From assembly GCA_963723995.1 (NCBI GenBank), contig CAVRSZ010000005.1:683-64682 (forward strand): a DNA stretch of 64,000 bases, written 5' to 3'. Below the pieces are notes generated by a model, which was not told where the DNA came from, did no database searches, and saw only the letters and a list, made by a program, of their open reading frames with translations. The DNA comes from an uncultured Acidimicrobiales bacterium. Lineage in GTDB: Bacteria; Actinomycetota; Acidimicrobiia; Acidimicrobiales; SZUA-35. A program made the translations under genes and the position numbers. Numbering within the stretch: the stretch's first letter is position 1; each line of letters opens with the position of its first letter. Positions 61,333-64,000 of this stretch are shown piece after piece.

Positions 61333-63882
61333 TCAGAGCTGGTGGATGGCGTCGAGGACGTTGAGCCGTGATGCCCGTCGCGCCGGGAAGGCGGCGGCAA
61401 CGAGCCCGGCCAGGGTGGCGACAATCACGTAGAGCACGAGCGAGGACACCGGGATGGCGAATTGATCGATGGCGATGGCTTGGACCGCCACCCAGCCGAA
61501 GACGAGACCAACGACCACCCCGAGCAGGGCACCGAAGAGCGACACGACTGCGGCTTCCCAGCGGATCATCGCCCGTGTCTGGCGTCGGGTCATGCCGACG
61601 GCTCGCATGAGGCCGATCTCCCGGGTCCGTTCAAGCACCGAGAGGGCCATGGTGTTGGCGATCCCGAGGAAGGCGATGAGGATGGCGAGACCAAGGAACA
61701 CGTTGATGACGATGACGAGCGAGTCGAGCTGGCCCTCGAGGCGATCACTGTATTCGGCCCCCGTCTCGAAGTTCAGTTGTGGGAACGCCGCGTTGAGCTC
61801 GTCGAGTGCGGACGCAGCGGCTTCGAACTCGACGCCCTCGGCCACCGAGGCGACGATGGAGATGTCCTCGTTGAGGCTGAAGTTCTGGTCCCAGGCCGAC
61901 TTGTCGATGAGGTAGTTGCTGATAAGGAATGCGTTCTCGTAGATTGCGTTCACCGTGAACGTCTTGGTCCCTGTGGCCGCGAACTCGATGTCGAGTTCGT
62001 CACCGACGGCCAGGTTGAGATCGGTAGCCACCGACTCGTGGATGGACACGACGTCGGGACCGGCGTTGGTCGCCGGATCGCCCGAAATGACTTCGACGTC
62101 CCACAAGTTTGTCAGCAGTGCCAGGTCGGTGGCCCGGGCATCGTGCTCGTTGCCGTTGACTCGTATGTTGCCGAGACGTGTCGAGCTGACGGGGTCGAGC
62201 TCCGGGAGTGCCGCGACGGCGTCGACCAGCTCGGTGCTGAAGCCCGTTCCGCCGTTTGGAGGGCTGATGAGGAAGTCGGCGTTGAGGGTTGAACCGAGGG
62301 TGCTACGGTACGAGTCCTTCAACGACGAGGCGACGACGGTTGCCATGGCGATGAGGGCCAGTCCGATCATGAGACCGGCCGCGGTGCGAGCGGTGCGCTT
62401 GTTGTCGCTGGAGGAGTTCTCCCGGGCCATGTGGCCGGTTATGCCGAGCCAGGGCATCCGTTCGAGCGGTGCGCCGAGAAAGCGGGCCGAGGGGGTTGAG
62501 AACAGCGGCGCGAACATGGTGACCGAGATGAAAACGAGCACCGCGCCCCCGCCGAGGAGCAGCAGCAGCAACGGCGTGCTGTCAATGCTGCCGAACAGGC
62601 TGACGGCGATCCCGGTGACGCCGGGCACGGCGAGGATGATTGCGATGATCGTGCGTCGCGTGCCCTCGCCCGAGCCGTACCGGTAGCCTTCGCGCATGGC
62701 CGCCACCGGTGGCACACGTGCTGCTCGACGCGAGGGTGTCAGGGCCGAAGCCAGACTGACGCCGATGCCGACGGCCAGGGCGATCATGATCGTGCGGGCC
62801 GAGATCACCAACTCGAGACCGGGCAGGTTGAACCCGATCGAATTCATGATGGCACGCAGCGCGTAGGCGAGACCGACACCAACGGCCAGGCCGATGACCG
62901 AGGCGATCACGCCAACGATGAACGCCTCGAGCAGGGAGGCGAGCAGTACCTGCCTCTTGCTCGCTCCCAGGGCGCGAATGAGTGCCAGCTGGCGGATCCG
63001 TTGTCCGAGCAGGATGTTGAACGTGTTGGCGATGATGAAGGTGCTCACGAACACCGACACGAGAGCGAACGCCAGAAGGACGTTACCGAAGATGTCGACG
63101 GTGGCTCCGAAGTCCTCCTGGCCCTCATCGACGATGACGTCGTTGCCCACGGCCTCCAGCCCGGCGGGCAAGACAGCCTCGAGGTCGGCGATCAGCTCCT
63201 CCGGACTGACGCCCGACTCGGCGGTCACGTCGATCGAGTTGATCTTGCCATCGTTGCCGTCGAGGCGCTGGACCTCATCGAGGGTGAACGACATGAGCAC
63301 GGCACCGGCGAGCGCGTTGTCCTCACCGAAACGTGTGGTTCCCACCAGGGTGAAGGGTTCGCGGCCGGCCACGCCGACGATGTCATAGGACTGGCCGATC
63401 TCGAACCCGTACGTACCGGCCGAGGTGAAATCGATGGCGAACTCACCGGGACCATCGGGCAGCTCGCCCTCCTCCACCGTGAGGGCGCCTGTGGTCGAGT
63501 CCTGTTGATTGACGGCAAGGATCGGCGGGCCCAGCGTCTCCACGGCCTCGCCGTCGCCGTCGATGGGGACGACCTTCGAACTGGTCAGAGCGGGCAGGGC
63601 CTGCTCGACGCCGTCAACGGACGACACGACGTCGAGCACATCCTCATCGATCGTCTGCGCCTGGAAGGTGACCTCGGCGAAGTCGCCAGCGGCCCGGACG
63701 GTGGCGTCGATCTCGGCGCTGGTGTCCTCGACGATGCCGTTGAACGTTGCCCGCAGGCCATCGGACAAGACGAACGAGGCGACAATGAATGCGACACCGG
63801 CCATCACGGCCAGGCCGGTGAGACCCACCCGCAGCCGGCTGCTGGCCAGGTTCCGTCGACTGAGGAGGAGCACGGGGTTCAT
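61333..63882 (-). CDS. FtsX/MacB-like ABC transporter permease
   Basis: Two FtsX modules: IANTF..L.QR.R.LAL.RA.GA and ERTREIGLMRAVG. Confidence 0.93.
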   Translation of the reverse strand: MNPVLLLSRRNLASSRLRVGLTGLAVMAGVAFIVASFVLSDGLRATFNGIVEDTSAEIDATVRAAGDFAEVTFQAQTIDEDVLDVVSSVDGVEQALPALTSSKVVPIDGDGEAVETLGPPILAVNQQDSTTGALTVEEGELPDGPGEFAIDFTSAGTYGFEIGQSYDIVGVAGREPFTLVGTTRFGEDNALAGAVLMSFTLDEVQRLDGNDGKINSIDVTAESGVSPEELIADLEAVLPAGLEAVGNDVIVDEGQEDFGATVDIFGNVLLAFALVSVFVSTFIIANTFNILLGQRIRQLALIRALGASKRQVLLASLLEAFIVGVIASVIGLAVGVGLAYALRAIMNSIGFNLPGLELVISARTIMIALAVGIGVSLASALTPSRRAARVPPVAAMREGYRYGSGEGTRRTIIAIILAVPGVTGIAVSLFGSIDSTPLLLLLLGGGAVLVFISVTMFAPLFSTPSARFLGAPLERMPWLGITGHMARENSSSDNKRTARTAAGLMIGLALIAMATVVASSLKDSYRSTLGSTLNADFLISPPNGGTGFSTELVDAVAALPELDPVSSTRLGNIRVNGNEHDARATDLALLTNLWDVEVISGDPATNAGPDVVSIHESVATDLNLAVGDELDIEFAATGTKTFTVNAIYENAFLISNYLIDKSAWDQNFSLNEDISIVASVAEGVEFEAAASALDELNAAFPQLNFETGAEYSDRLEGQLDSLVIVINVFLGLAILIAFLGIANTMALSVLERTREIGLMRAVGMTRRQTRAMIRWEAAVVSLFGALLGVVVGLVFGWVAVQAIAIDQFAIPVSSLVLYVIVATLAGLVAAAFPARRASRLNVLDAIHQL

Positions 63883-63887
63883 GGGGA

Positions 63888-64000
63888 TCAGGCCTCCAGC
63901 GCCCTGATCCTGTCGAGGACCAGATCAGGCGTCGGCTTCTCGAGTTGTCCCACCAGACGACCATCGCGAAGGAACACAACGAGGTCAGCATGCGAGGCGG
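63888..64000 (-). CDS. ABC transporter ATP-binding protein (C-terminus only, runs off the window)
   Basis: AASHADLVVFLRDGRLV; immediately upstream of the permease. Confidence 0.8.
   Translation of the reverse strand, partial: ASHADLVVFLRDGRLVGQLEKPTPDLVLDRIRALEA

Overview
High-GC actinobacterial DNA; an Acidimicrobiia-like origin is inferred from gene content only. The left ~44 kb is mostly intact accessory and stress genes: furA-katG, a TIR-2TM protein, a SigK-like ECF sigma cluster, an OmpA/BON protein, a GshB-like ATP-grasp ligase opposite a QEGLA peptidase, DUF4386 paralogs, amylopullulanase, 5'-nucleotidase and a NoeA-like methyltransferase/sulfatase operon. Gene scars are scattered among them. 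Seven promoters share a DevR/DosR-like box placed exactly 22 bp before a -10 hexamer, and one of these precedes no ORF but a structured, tRNA-like ~160-nt segment. The region ~44.6-60.6 kb is an integration hotspot. It has four clear copies and one degenerate copy of the 3' half of tRNA-Thr(GGT), with conserved flanking arms, delimiting 2-6.5 kb cargo segments. It also holds several small two-gene modules of an uncharacterised toxin-antitoxin-like family, an internally deleted metG, an IS3 remnant interrupted by two nested group II intron 5' ends, and a frameshifted tyrosine integrase. All calls were made by eye from motifs; no database searches were run.
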